This document shows positions 1 to 12,352 of a DNA stretch of 64,000 nt, piece after piece. The first letter of the stretch is position 1; every line of letters begins with the position of its first letter. Below the pieces are notes generated by a model. That model saw only the letters and a list, made by a program, of their open reading frames with translations, did no database searches and was not told the origin of the DNA. The translations under genes were made by a program, and so were the position numbers. Origin of the DNA: Octopus bimaculoides (Eukaryota); NCBI RefSeq assembly GCF_001194135.2, contig NC_069004.1:13135835-13199834 (forward strand), in the 5' to 3' direction.

Positions 1-1
1 A

Positions 2-72
2 AAGAGTACATTCTCAAGAAAAAAAAATTCAGCAAGACGCCAATTTTTTTTCTTTCTTGAGAACATACTCTT
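2..72. repeat. Short fold-back palindrome (MITE-like), possibly cut by the window edge
   Basis: aagagta..ttctcaagaaa..aatt is mirrored by aatt..tttcttgagaa..tactctt. Confidence 0.6.
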
Positions 73-241
73 CGTGGTTAGGTGATTTGGCATCTATTTC
101 TAGCATACAGGAGTCCACTTTCGGTGGTCATTCCTCTTAATTTTGTATGTAATATAATTTTAATCTTCGGATTTTTAAAAATATGCTAGGCCACTGGTTT
201 TAATCGATTAATATCAATTTCTACCCTCATTATTAAATTTT

Positions 242-282
<41 letters not shown>

Positions 283-629
283 GCTGGTGGAACAGTGGAC
301 AAATGGTTAGGGTACTAAACTAATAGTGACCAAAAAGTTGAGGGTTCAAATCTCTGTACAAGCATATATTGCATTGTGGAATGAGGATGGATAAGAATTG
401 ACAATTCCACTTGCTCTGGTCCCCTAACAAGTTGCTGGGGCAAGTGAAAGGATAATTAATGGTGAATGTAGCAGAAGACATTGTTTTCTTGATCATTGAC
501 AAGAACCAGAAACTGTTGACATAAAGTGTGAGAAAATATTTGGATATGTTGATAAATACATCGATTGAGTTAGAAATGGATGGGACATGGGTAGATATGA
601 GAAGTGAATAAGAGATGTGTGAACACACA

Positions 630-2030
630 AGGAGACAAGGTTTGAGTGAGAAATGGACAGACACAGGGAGACAAGGTTTGAGTGAGAAATGGACAGACAC
701 AGGGAGACAAGGTTTGAGTGAGAAATGGACAGACACAGGGAGACAAGGTTTGAGTGAGAAATGGACAGACACAGGGAGACAAGGTTTNNNNNNNNNNNNN
801 NNNNNNNNNNNNNNNNNNNNNNNNNNNNNNNNNNNNNNNNNNNNNNNNNNNNNNNNNNNNNNNNNNNNNNNNNNNNNNNNNNNNNNNNNNNNNNNNNNNN
901 NNNNNNNNNNNNNNNNNNNNNNNNNNNNNNNNNNNNNNNNNNNNNNNNNNNNNNNNNNNNNNNNNNNNNNNNNNNNNNNNNNNNNNNNNNNNNNNNNNNN
1001 NNNNNNNNNNNNNNNNNNNNNNNNNNNNNNNNNNNNNNNNNNNNNNNNNNNNNNNNNNNNNNNNNNNNNNNNNNNNNNNNNNNNNNNNNNNNNNNNNNNN
1101 NNNNNNNNNNNNNNNNNNNNNNNNNNNNNNNNNNNNNNNNNNNNNNNNNNNNNNNNNNNNNNNNNNNNNNNNNNNNNNNNNNNNNNNNNNNNNNNNNNNN
1201 NNNNNNNNNNNNNNNNNNNNNNNNNNNNNNNNNNNNNNNNNNNNNNNNNNNNNNNNNNNNNNNNNNNNNNNNNNNNNNNNNNNNNNNNNNNNNNNNNNNN
1301 NNNNNNNNNNNNNNNNNNNNNNNNNNNNNNNNNNNNNNNNNNNNNNNNNNNNNNNNNNNNNNNNNNNNNNNNNNNNNNNNNNNNNNNNNNNNNNNNNNNN
1401 NNNNNNNNNNNNNNNNNNNNNNNNNNNNNNNNNNNNNNNNNNNNNNNCACAGGGAGACAAGGTTTGAGTGAGAAATGGACAGACACAGGGAGACAAGGTT
1501 TGAGTGAAGGATGAAGAGATACACAGAAAAGGTTTGGGTGCGAGTTGGATGAATGCACAGACAAAGCTTGAGTGAGAAATGATTGGACATACAAAGTTTG
1601 AGAGAGAGTTAGATGGATGCACAGACAAGGCTTGAGTGAGAGATGAATGGACACAGTGAGATGAGGTTTGATTGAAAGATGAATAGATACACAAAGTTTG
1701 GGTGAGAAATGGATAGACACTTAGTCAAGGTTTGAGTGAGAGATGTACAGATGCAGAGACAAGGTTTGAGTGGGAGGTGAATGGACACATACACTAGGTG
1801 TGAGTGAGACGATTGGACATACAAACAAGGTTTGAGTGAGAGTTGGACAAATGCATGGACACGGTTTGAGTGAGAGATGGATGGAAATACAGATACGGTT
1901 TGAGTGAGAGATGGACGGACACTCAGAGAGGGTTTGGGTGGGAGATCGGTGGACACACAGACAAAGTTTGAGTGAGAGATGAATGGACACAGTGAAGCAA
2001 GGTTTGATTGAGAGATGAACAGATACACAA
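630..2030 (+). repeat. 36-bp minisatellite (ACAAGGTTTGAGTGAGAAATGGACAGACACAGGGAG), interrupted by gap 788-1447 and degenerating after about 1510
   Basis: Exact tandem copies on both sides of the gap, giving the 12-aa periodic ORF TGRQGLSEKWTD; diverged copies keep the aggtttgagtgaga core to about 2030. Confidence 0.95.
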
Positions 2031-2771
2031 ACATAAAGGAGTGGGAGATGGACAGCTGATAGTGGAATATTGAAATGTTGTTGGAGGCATTTTCATTAAA
2101 TCCTTGTCTTCCTCTAAACCCCTTCCACCTCTAAGATGACTGCAGTGAGGGTGGAGCTTTTCATCAGTCTTATTATAAGTCCACTTGGCTACCCACATTA
2201 CTCCACACTCCATTAGTGTCAGTTAAATACCCCCACTTTACACCCTATGATACCGTAAGTCAACCACCTCTACAAGAGTGAACATTATTCGGCTGTCTTA
2301 GTTTTAAAGGAATGGCAAGAAAAATATTTAATTGAGGAAAAAAAACCCCCAAAAACAAAAAGAGAGAAAAACACCAAAAACAGAACAAGCTTCAGGTGGA
2401 TGGGGTAGATATGGGGGTAAAGATGCTTTTGGAATACTCAGAATTCCAAGAAGACAGAGATTACCATTTATCAGGGTACCTACTGCCCTGACAGGCATCA
2501 GTGATAATGGTAGACAAATGCCTTCTGTACATCTCTTCACAAAGGACACATTATTTTTTTGTACATGTGTATGTGAATGTATGCATGTATGTATGTGTGT
2601 ATGTGAAGTATACAAGAATGTGTGTGCATGTGTGTGTATAAGGATAGAGTCTGTAAAAGCAGTGTGTGTATGTTTGTACATAATCTGTGTAAATGTAGGT
2701 ATATATGCACATGTATTAGTATGTGGATATGCATGTGCACATTTGTCAGAGTGCATGTATGTGCTTGTATG

Positions 2772-3230
2772 CAGGGCTAGTACTAGGGAGGGCAGGGCCC
2801 AATTAGAGAATTGTCAGTAGGGCCCTCTATTCTACAAGAGCTGAAGATTGATGATTTATGCTTCGTGTAGTACACCAATCCCAGCCAAAAAGCATTGAGG
2901 GCTTGAAGATCAACCATTAGCCAGAATGATATTCTAAAAATTGTAAGCTCATATGAAAGCTTTTATGTTTTATTACAAGTCAAGATAATTACTGACATGG
3001 GCCTTCGAGAAACAGACTTGACTGGTTTTTTCATCTGAGAAGTCTTTCAAAATAATTTCAAAGTCAATGGTTTTTGTAATGTCATTTTCTAAAGGTAGTA
3101 TCATCAAATTATTTTGTCTCTCTTGCAAAATTGTTGACTGTAGGTATGTTTTAATATGTTTTAGTTTTGAAAAACGTCTTTCATCTGATGCGACCGTTAT
3201 GGGTATTGTTGAGTAAATTCTCAAAGCAAA
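2772..3230 (-). mobile_element. hAT-family DNA transposon relic (terminus-like CAGGGC.. segment plus transposase C-terminus)
   Basis: GC-rich cagggc..gggcccc end at 2772 next to a hAT dimerisation-domain ORF. Confidence 0.65.
2973..3224 (-). pseudogene. hAT transposase C-terminal dimerisation domain fragment
   Basis: IPITVASDERRFSKLKHIKTYLQSTILQERQNNLMILPLE matches the hAT motif IP.T.AS.ERSFSKLK.IK.YLRSTM.QERL..L.IL.IE. Confidence 0.85.
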
Positions 3231-3769
3231 AAAAAAAACAAAAAAAACAAAAAAAACAAAAGGAAATGTTTAATTAATCATAGTGTCCTCTGCTCAAGTG
3301 TGTGCTTGGATCCCTCTCCTGGTGCAGGACCCAATTTGAAGAAATATACTTAATTGGCTTAAAACCAGTCCAGCTTGTATGACATGTGTTTATGTATGAC
3401 ATTATAGAAGTAAAAGTGAAAGTAGAAACATGTTATATGTTAACACTGGCAGACAAAACACTGAGGGCACATCAATTTGCTAAGAGGGGACAGCCAGTTA
3501 AATCAATTTATCAATACTGTTCTTACTTTGTAGATCCTAAAACAATAAAAAACTAAGTTAACCACAGCCAGATTTGAACGTAAAACAATGAGATTAACGA
3601 TGTAAAACAAGAAATGTTCCCTTTAAGCTCTCTCTCAAACACATCACTAACCAAGAATTTTATGTTTTGATTCACAGTTATTGCATTGCAGTCAAACTTT
3701 AACGCAGTTTATCTAATCCACTTTTTCAATAAAATGTGCTTTTGTATTGAGTACTTTATTAAAATTAAT

Positions 3770-3990
3770 AATCCTTTCAACTATAGGTACAAGTTCTGAA
3801 ATTTTGGCAGAGGGGGCTATTGATTTTGTTGACCTTGGTACTTGACTGGTACTTATTTTATTGATGTTGAAAGGATGAAAGGCAAAGTCAACCTTGGTAG
3901 AATTTGAATGCAGTACATAAAGATAAACAAAATTCCACTACACATTTTGTCTGGGTGCTAATGATTCTGTTAGCTTGCCACCTTATTTAT
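3770..3990 (-). mobile_element. tRNA-derived SINE family B (decayed)
   Basis: gaaaggatgaaaggcaaagtcaacc..gaatttgaa core shared with copies at 19149 and 20447. Confidence 0.75.
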
Positions 3991-4555
3991 CAAAATTAGC
4001 AATTAAAAAAAGTCTTCAGCAAGAAACCTGTTCAATTCCCAGATAGAATGTTGTGCTTTTGAGCAAAACACTTCACATTGCTCTGCAATCATTACATCTG
4101 ACATGTGGTGCACTCATGCACCTGTACAGACAATGTTGATTTGATTGAGGGAGTGAGTTAATGTACAGAACATACATTTGAACACTATAAACAAACCATT
4201 TGTGCAGGTTGTTCCCCAAAAACTGAACACTCATACATTGTCTTTGATGGAAGATTCCATCAGTTAGATTTAAAACTATGCATTATGCTGAAAAATTTTA
4301 CATAGCTGATGAGAGAAAACAATTCCTTTCATAAATATAATACAAAATGTTCAGCTTCAACTGGATTTGAACCTACACCCAATGATTTTACCTTGAACAA
4401 TGAATAAGCTAGCAGAAGGAAAATTACGTAACACGTGACTGATACAAAGAAACTAAATCTTCAAAATCTTCCATAGTTAATAACACCAGCAGACAGTGTG
4501 AGCCAGTCTGATATAGATATGAAGATGTACGTGTGTGTATATATATATATATATG

Positions 4556-4606
<51 letters not shown>

Positions 4607-5157
4607 CTATATAAACAGACAAATATGATTGTGCATACAAGTATTTTCACATATATGCAAATGCATATACACACATAGAAAAATCATACAGGTACAGGCA
4701 CCCACACATACACAAAAAACAAACCATCAAAAGTACATGAAGTTCTGTTCCAGACATGCCATTAATAAGCTGAAAGACATTGATAGCTTTAGATATAACA
4801 TACTGATACAACATAAAAATATAACATGCTGATAGAAGAGAGGTGTATAAAATGCCAATACAACAGCTACGGCTGATATCTAGCTTTTATCTTTTACTTG
4901 CTTCAGTCACTGGGCTGTGGACATGGTGGGGCACTGCCTTGGAGAGTCTAAGGCAAATAGAGCGATCCCCAATACTTATTTTTTAAGTCTGGTTTTTATT
5001 CTATCAGTCTCTTTGGTTGAACTGCTCGGTTATGGAGATGTAAAACAAACCCAAAACAAGTTGTCATCAAGCAGTGATGAGGAACAAACACAAAGATACA
5101 CTATATATATATATATATATATATATATCTTTGTGTATGTGTGTGTATATATATATA

Positions 5158-5261
5158 TATTCATTTAAATATAGTGTACATTTAAACACATCAGAGAGAT
5201 GTCCATAATATTATGGACATCTCTCTGATGTGTTTAAATGTACACTGTATTTAAATGAATA
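5158..5261. repeat. 104-bp loopless palindrome with one mismatch
   Basis: Symmetry axis between 5209 and 5210 (ccataat|attatgg); only the 5172/5247 pair mismatches. Confidence 0.95.
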
Positions 5262-5501
5262 CTATATATTCTATTGACTAGTTTTTTCTTCTCGCTAGAC
5301 CACTGGTAGCAAATAGAATTTCTAAAATTTCTTTTGCTACCCTGAGATTTATTAATAATATATATATATATATATATATATTTACACACACACACACACA
5401 CACACACACCATAATTTAGTACGGTATTATCCATACAAATTCAAAATAAGGTGATTAAAATCAAAATAAACAAGAAAGATATCCAGAGGTAATGCAGTAC
5501 T

Positions 5502-5536
<35 letters not shown>

Positions 5537-5919
5537 TGTGTGTATGTGTATGTATCTGCATGTATGTATATATGTGTGTGTGTTTCTTTATGCTTGTGTT
5601 TGTCTTAACACCATCACTTGGCAACTGGTGTTGGTTTGTTTACATCCCCATAATGCAGTAGTTTGGCAAAAAGAGACCAACAGAATAAGTACCTGATTTG
5701 AAAAAAAAAAAAAAAAGAATGAAAATAAACACTGGGTGCAATTTGTTTGACTAAACCCTTTTAGGTGGTACCCCAGTTTGGCCATAGTCAAATGACTTGA
5801 GAGAACTAAAATGTAAAAAGATATAAGTTAATCTAGTCCTGTATCATCCTAAAGGGATGGGATAGTCATGGATGGAAGGCCAGTGATATTAGGACTGCTT
5901 TATCTGTAATGAACTGTGG

Positions 5920-6560
5920 TTAGACTACAGCCATGCTGGAGCATCGCCAAGAAAGGTTTTTAGTCAAAGGATCAATCCCAGTACTTATGATTTTTTTTAG
6001 AGTCTGGCATTCACTCTATCAGTCTCTTTGCCAAACCTCTAAGTTACAGGGCCATAAACACACCAAAACCGGTTGTCAATCAATAGTGGGGGAAAAACAC
6101 AAGCAAACACACACAAACACAAATGTGTGTGTGTGTGTTTATTCAAATATGAATTAGAAGCAGGGCTAGTGTTGTAAGCATCATTGAACACACTCAGTTT
6201 ATGTGTTTTGCTTGTTCACCAGCAGGCTGCAATTTGGTGCAGTGGAGATAACTCCATTAAAGTACTGAGTGTTAAAACACCTGAAAATCAGACAGGTGGG
6301 ACAACTCACCCAGAATCCCATTCAGAAGTGGTAGACACAGACACGCGTGCATACATATATTTGTACACACACACACACACATATTTATACACACATGCAC
6401 ACACACAATGGGCTTCTTTCAGTTTCCCTCTTCCAAATCCACTCCCAAAGCTTTGGTTGGCCCAAAGCTATAGTAGAAAACACTTGCCCAAGGTGCCATG
6501 CAGTAGGAATGAATTGTGAAACCTCATGGTTCTAAAGTGAACTTTTAAACAATGCAACCA
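5920..6560 (-). mobile_element. SINE family A: 3' half (about 5920-6140) and 5' tRNA-like half (about 6400-6560) separated by unique sequence
   Basis: Matches the two halves of the intact copy at 14114-14519. Confidence 0.75.
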
Positions 6561-7209
6561 AACTTGCAGGAAGAGAAACAGCAAACTTTTTCTGAGAAAC
6601 CAAGAAACATATAGTAAAACTGTAACATTGAGAAAAAAATATAACATTTTATGTAAATGTGAAAAGGATTTATTTTGGAAAAACAATTTAAAAGCAAAAC
6701 AGACCCCACCACCCACCACCTAAATAAAAAAAAAAGTGCTCTCCACCACCCCAAAAAAAACTAAGTCAACCTCTTTTCCTCTCTCCACTACCAAACAAAA
6801 TATTTTGACTTTAAAAAAATAGACTCTATGGTTTCTTGGTATAAGTTACTACTTTCTATATACACATTCATTCAAATATACATATAGACATTCATGCAGA
6901 GGCACTGAGAAACACACACACACACAACATCACCAACATATGTAGCAAAACAATTTCAAGGAAGTGTATAAAAACTTATGGTGATGGTAGTGATGCTGGT
7001 GGTGTTGGTAATGGTGGGGATGGCAATGGTGTTGAGGATGATGGTAGTAGTGGTGAAGGTGGTAGTGGTGGTGTGCTGGGAGTGATTGTTTATTCCAGAA
7101 GAGAAAAAAAAATTAAAAACAATAACGGTCTTTTTAAATATAAGTTGGAAGAATAAAGAAAATGTTTATTCTTTGTAAAACAACCTTCATTCATACACAC
7201 ACACACATT

Positions 7210-7244
<35 letters not shown>

Positions 7245-8196
7245 TATACACAAATATACACAGACACATATAAATATACATACATATATATACATGAATG
7301 CACACATATTCATACATGTTTACTTACACACACACACAACATTCTAGCTTATGTTTATGTTGCAAGTGTAAAGAAGAAAATTCAGAAATTGGTAAAGCTT
7401 TTTGGTGGGTTTTTATTAAAGTCTACAGAATAGAATTATAATTGACTAGAAATAATCTTTAGAGTTTAAGGGTAGCTATAGGATTCTGACAAGGAAATGA
7501 AAGATGGAGAGGAAATAACCCAAACAAAATGAATATCTAAAGCTTTAGGGGATTTTTTAATGAAGTTTTAATAATTATGGTTTTCAGGAGATATTGTGTG
7601 TGTTTGTAGGAGTGTATGTAAGTGTGTACTGGGTATGACTCTAAACTGCATCTCATAGTGGGGGCCTTTGTACAGGAGTTGCAGGGTTTTAAGAAGTGTG
7701 GACCAGTGACTTAGTCACTATTGATCTCATGTCTACTCTGACCTGAAATAGTAATACCTGTTAGGGTCCTAGCTATGGGTTTCATTAGTACGTGGACCAC
7801 AGAGAGTGAAAAACCCATAATCCTCGTTGGAACCTCCTTCTAAAAAGACAGTAGACTTGCATAAAAAAACAACCTAAAGGTATTAGGTAATTAGGTGATT
7901 ACCAAACATTAGACTCATCAAAGTTGTCAGTATGAAAAAAATTAACAAAGGCTCTCTGCTATTGGCAGTCAGCAAGTGTCACATCCAGTTTGTGGATGCT
8001 ATATATATATATTTGTTGACACTGCAGCTCAAAGAATATTTGTATTTCCAAAAGTTAAGTATAAATGTCTTAGGTGGCTTTTTTCATGGTCAATTGGATT
8101 TCATTTCCTACGAAAACCTCATTTACTTTTACACACACACACGCACACCTTACAACCAATCCAATCTAATATAGGCTAATGATAGAATATCTATAT

Positions 8197-8768
8197 TAGT
8201 ATTTCTCAAATATTTTTTACCTGTGGGACCCCTTTGATTTCTATTTCACTAGGATGGACCCTCCTAGCCATTTGATGTTTAAAAATTCCTGTTATTCTGT
8301 TGTGTCTGGGGAGAGTCATACTCTTTTAGTGCCTTATAATTTAACACACTCACTGGTAAAATTTTCACTCATTTCTTTTTCTAAAATTTTCGCTGTGTCT
8401 TGTAACCTTTTCAATAGTTTTCACTCTCAAAACTATTGAAAAGGTTGCAAGACACAGTGAAAATTTTAGAAAAATAAAAAAGAAATAAGTGGAAATTTTA
8501 CCAGTGAGTATGTTAAAATTATAAGGCACTAAAAGAGTATGACTCTTCAGAGACACAACAGAATATGCTTCAACACACAAACTCACATAAAGAATCTTGC
8601 AAACCAAATCCAAGAACGAAATTCCAGTTATATTTTATGATTAAGTATTATTTGGAAGTGTATAAAAATAATTATTAAAATATTCTGTGAATTATAGAAA
8701 TATAACCAGTTTATTGCAGATAAATTTTAACAGCAAAGTCTTATATGGACCCTGGTTGAGAACCACTG
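8197..8768. mobile_element. hAT/Charlie-like MITE carrying a nested fold-back insertion
   Basis: Ends tagtatttctcaa / ttgagaaccactg; 8-bp TSD atctatat/ctctatat; homologous to the reverse complement of 35726-35963. Confidence 0.8.
8293..8565. mobile_element. 273-bp near-perfect fold-back element (MITE)
   Basis: tattctgttgtgtct..agacacaacagaata with ~130-bp arms and loop cactctc; a single-arm copy lies at about 30163-30285. Confidence 0.9.
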
Positions 8769-8772
8769 CTCT

Positions 8773-8960
8773 ATATGGTCACTAAATCTGCTAGAAATAG
8801 CAACTAAGTTTCTGTCAAATCACACCCTGCCATCTTAAACAGCAAACTGGATAGTGCAGTCCTCAATACAATATATTTGAATACTTGGTAGGATTGTCAT
8901 GGTTGGAATGTCTTGATCATATGTTTGCTCAATCAGGGCTGATCTGGGGATAAAATAACA
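8773..8960 (+). mobile_element. SINE family F with (CAA)n-type tail; other copies near 9115-9320, 13205-13400, 28190-28385(-), 42758-43100, 59440-59760, 62525-62740
   Basis: Recurring ctgctagaaatagcagccaaatctccctcaaatcacacc and ggctggaatgcctttgatcatag..cagggctgacctgggg blocks. Confidence 0.7.
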
Positions 8961-9714
8961 TCAAAAAGAAAAAAATGTCCATCATCCCAGTTTAGTTGCA
9001 ACTATTTCTGGAGAAGCCTAAAATATTTTAGCATTTGTAAAAACAGTCTAGAGTAGGGGAAAAAGTATTTACTGATATCACCTACTTATATTTTTTAGAT
9101 GAACCTACAGGGGTACCTCATTGTGGTTGAACAATCTGCTAGAAATAGCAACTAAATATTCCTCAAATTACATCATTTTAATAAAAATAAATTAAAAAAA
9201 GATACATTGAGTTATACAGTCTAGATTCAGTAGACATCTTATAGAATATAATATATATGTGATGGTTATGGTTGGAATGCGTTTTGATATGGGCTGACCT
9301 AGGGTTAAACAATAACACTAAAAGAAAAAAAGAAAAAAAAAAGAAAAGAAAGAAAAACACACGAAAGGTCTATAATTCCAATTGGATATAACTTTTTCTG
9401 AAGAACTGTAAAGATTATTCTAGCATTTGTCAAAACATATTTTGGTGTAAGGCTGAAAAATTAAACTACTTATATCATCATTGCCTAAGAACACAGTAGA
9501 GTATGGTAATTTAATAGAATATAGGCTTCTTTGGGATTGGAATTTGTGGCTCTGTGTTAAATGGTGTTTTAAGGTTGATACAGACTTTCCTTTCATTCTT
9601 GGAGGAAGGAAGAGGGAGATGGGTGGAGGATTATGAGCATCAAGGGAATATGTTAAAAAAAGAAAAGTGAAATATTAGCATTACAAAGTAGGTGGCTCAG
9701 TTGACAGGAATATT

Positions 9715-10125
9715 GATTTCAAATTTTTGCACAAGGCCAGCAATTTTGGAGGGGGGGGGGTCAGTTGATTACACTAACCCCCAGCACTCAACTGGTACTT
9801 ATTTTATTGACACTGGAAGGATGAAAAAGACAAAGTGGACTTCAGCAGAATTTGAACTCAAAACAAAGAAAGATGCTACTAAGCACTTTACTTAGCGTGC
9901 TAATGATTCTGCTAGCTTGCCACCAAGATTGATATTGATTTCAAATTTTGGCACAAGGCCAGCAGTTTCAGAGCAGGAGGTTAAGTCAATGACATCGATG
10001 ACCCCCAGTGCTCTGATACTTCTTTTATCGACCCTGGAAAGTGGCCCTCAGCGGAATTTGAACTCACAACATAAAGACAAACCATTTTGCTCGGTGTGCT
10101 AACCATTCTGCCAGCTCGCCATTGT
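9715..10125 (-). mobile_element. Two tandem SINE family B copies
   Basis: Two consecutive tttcaaattttggcacaaggccagca..gaatttgaactc..ctgctagcttgcc units. Confidence 0.8.
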
Positions 10126-10439
10126 AGTTGACAGGGATATTAAAGCATCCAGTTAAATACCTTACAATATCATCACTCTTTGTATTTAAGTTCAACCTCC
10201 AACTAAATCAACTCTTGACTTTCATCTCCTTGGGTCATCACTGCTTTGGGTCATCATTGTTGCTCTCCTCATTGTGGTCACTCCACTTCCATACTGTGAT
10301 GGGTTGGATGGGTCATCACTGTCCAATTCAGGTCTTATTTGGAGTGCTTACTTATAGTTTTTATTTTAGGCTTAGTTTCAACAGCTTGAAACCCTTCCTA
10401 TAACCAACTCCTATAGTGAACTACCATATTTTCTGGCAT

Positions 10440-10640
10440 ACAAGTTGATGTGGTGTTGTCTCTGCTCACTTTAGTGATGACCGGAATGATTGAAGAAAGA
10501 TGATATGGATGCCAAGTTTGATGAACTGGTTGGAAGAAGGAGACATCAAACATCAGTAAGTGGGACTGTTATGGAAAACAGAGAATTGAGAATTGTGGCA
10601 GGATATGACTGCCTGTGTCCTACATCCTGGACATGGTGTC
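10440..10640 (+). mobile_element. RTE-clade LINE 3' ORF remnant
   Basis: Translation ..DELVGRR..VMENRELR resembles the RTE RT C-terminus (W.D.L..WTG..M.DR..WR). Confidence 0.45.
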
Positions 10641-11399
10641 TAACGAAGAAGAATATTAGAATAGGCATCCAGCTGCAGACACCATACCAAAAATAGAATG
10701 TACAAGTAAGATTGATCCTCAGACTAATCTGGAAGAGCAGTAATTTGCATGGTGGCACATGCCAGATTCCAAGCTCCCACGCAGTAGGACTAAACTGAAA
10801 AGCATGTGGTTGGGAAGCAAATTTCTTAACAACACACACACACACAGAGTTGCGAACATGAACTTTAAACATATCCAGTTATTATGACACTTGTTCTTTA
10901 AAAGGAAAATAAAAACTGTTCTGTTTATTCCTGTCTTAAACAAAAGAAGAAAAAGAATGTTACAATTTCCTTTTTCGTTTCCTCTAAAAACCTCAGGTAA
11001 TATATATATATATATTTTTTTTCTTCTTTTGTGCATTAAAGATAAGACTGCTTCTCATTTAAATGCCGTTTCAAACCAATATAGTTACTGACTTAACTCT
11101 TTGGCTTTCAAAATGCTAAAAGGTGATCATATATACCTTTTATCTTTAACTTGTTTTAGTCATTAGACTGTGGCCATGCAGGAGCACCACCTTGAATTTT
11201 TAGTCAAATGAATCAACCCCAGTGCTTTTTTTTTTAAAGCCAGGTACTTATTCTATCAGTCTTTTTTGCTCAACTGCTAAGTTACAGGGATATAAACAGA
11301 CCAACACCAGTTGTCAAGAGGTGGTGGTAGACAAATACAGACATAAAAACACACACACACATTTCTCTCTTTCTTTCTCTCTCTCCCTATCTCTCTCTA

Positions 11400-11965
11400 T
11401 ATATATCATCATCATCATTTAAAATCTGTTGTCCATGCTGGCATGGGTTGAACAGTTTGACCAGGGCTGGCAAGCTGGAAGGCTGTACCAGACTCCAGTC
11501 TGATTTGACATGGTTCCTACAGCTGGATGCTCTTACTAATCCCAACCACTCCGCAATTGTAATGGGTGCTTTTATGTGCCACTGGCATGGGTGCCATTTG
11601 CATGACACCAGTATCTGATACGATTGTGATTTTACTTGGTTTGATGGGTCTTCTTCTCAAGCACAACACTGCCTCCGTGAGGCCCAACACTCGAAAGGAG
11701 CTTTTCACATGCCACCGGCATCTGCAACTTTGCCTCCGTGAGGCCAAATGCTTGAAAGGTGCTTTTTAAGTACCAGTTACAAGACACCAGCATCAGCCAC
11801 AACTATGATTTCACTTGGCTTGACAGGTCTTCTCAAAGCTCTTGGTCGCTAGTCATTGCCTCTGTGAAGACCAAAGTTTGAAGATCATGCTTCACCACCT
11901 CACCCCATGTCTTCCTGGGTCTACCTCTACCACATGTTCCCTCTACAGTTAGAGATCACACATTT
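11400..11965 (-). mobile_element. 5'-truncated RTE LINE (ORF end, 3' UTR and (ATG)n tail)
   Basis: Minus strand reads LTVEGTCGRGRPRKTWGEVVKHDLQTL..; the 3' UTR is shared with many copies ending in (cat)n on the plus strand. Confidence 0.85.
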
Positions 11966-11970
11966 TCTTA

Positions 11971-12155
11971 CTTGTTTCAGTCATTTGACTGCAGCCATGC
12001 TGGAGCACTGCCTTTAGTCGAACAAATCAACCCTAGTACTTATTCTATTGGTCTCTTTGGCCGAGCTGCTAAGTTACAGGGACATAAACACACCAGCATC
12101 GGTTGTCAAGTGATTGTGTGTGTGTGTGGGGGGGGGACAAACACAGACACACAAG

Positions 12156-12212
<57 letters not shown>

Positions 12213-12352
12213 TGGGTTTCTTTCAGTTTCCATCTACCAAATCCACTCACAAGGCTTTGGTCAGCCTGAGGCTATAGTAGAAGACACTTGCCTAAGGTGG
12301 GATTGAACCTGGAACCACGTGTTTGGGAAGCAAGCTTCTTACCACAAAGCCA
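11971..12352 (-). mobile_element. SINE family A, near full length, with internal (CA)n
   Basis: Colinear with 14114-14519. Confidence 0.85.

Noticed and set aside
630-790. CRISPR-like 36-bp repeats
   Set aside because: Repeats are contiguous with no spacers, in a eukaryotic context without cas genes
320-1720. Long ORFs of 236-466 aa
   Set aside because: Read-through of a 36-bp repeat and a 660-N gap
2395-2530. RVPTALTGISDNGRQ resembling a Gypsy integrase SDNG motif
   Set aside because: Only a few residues match, with no other integrase motifs or LTRs
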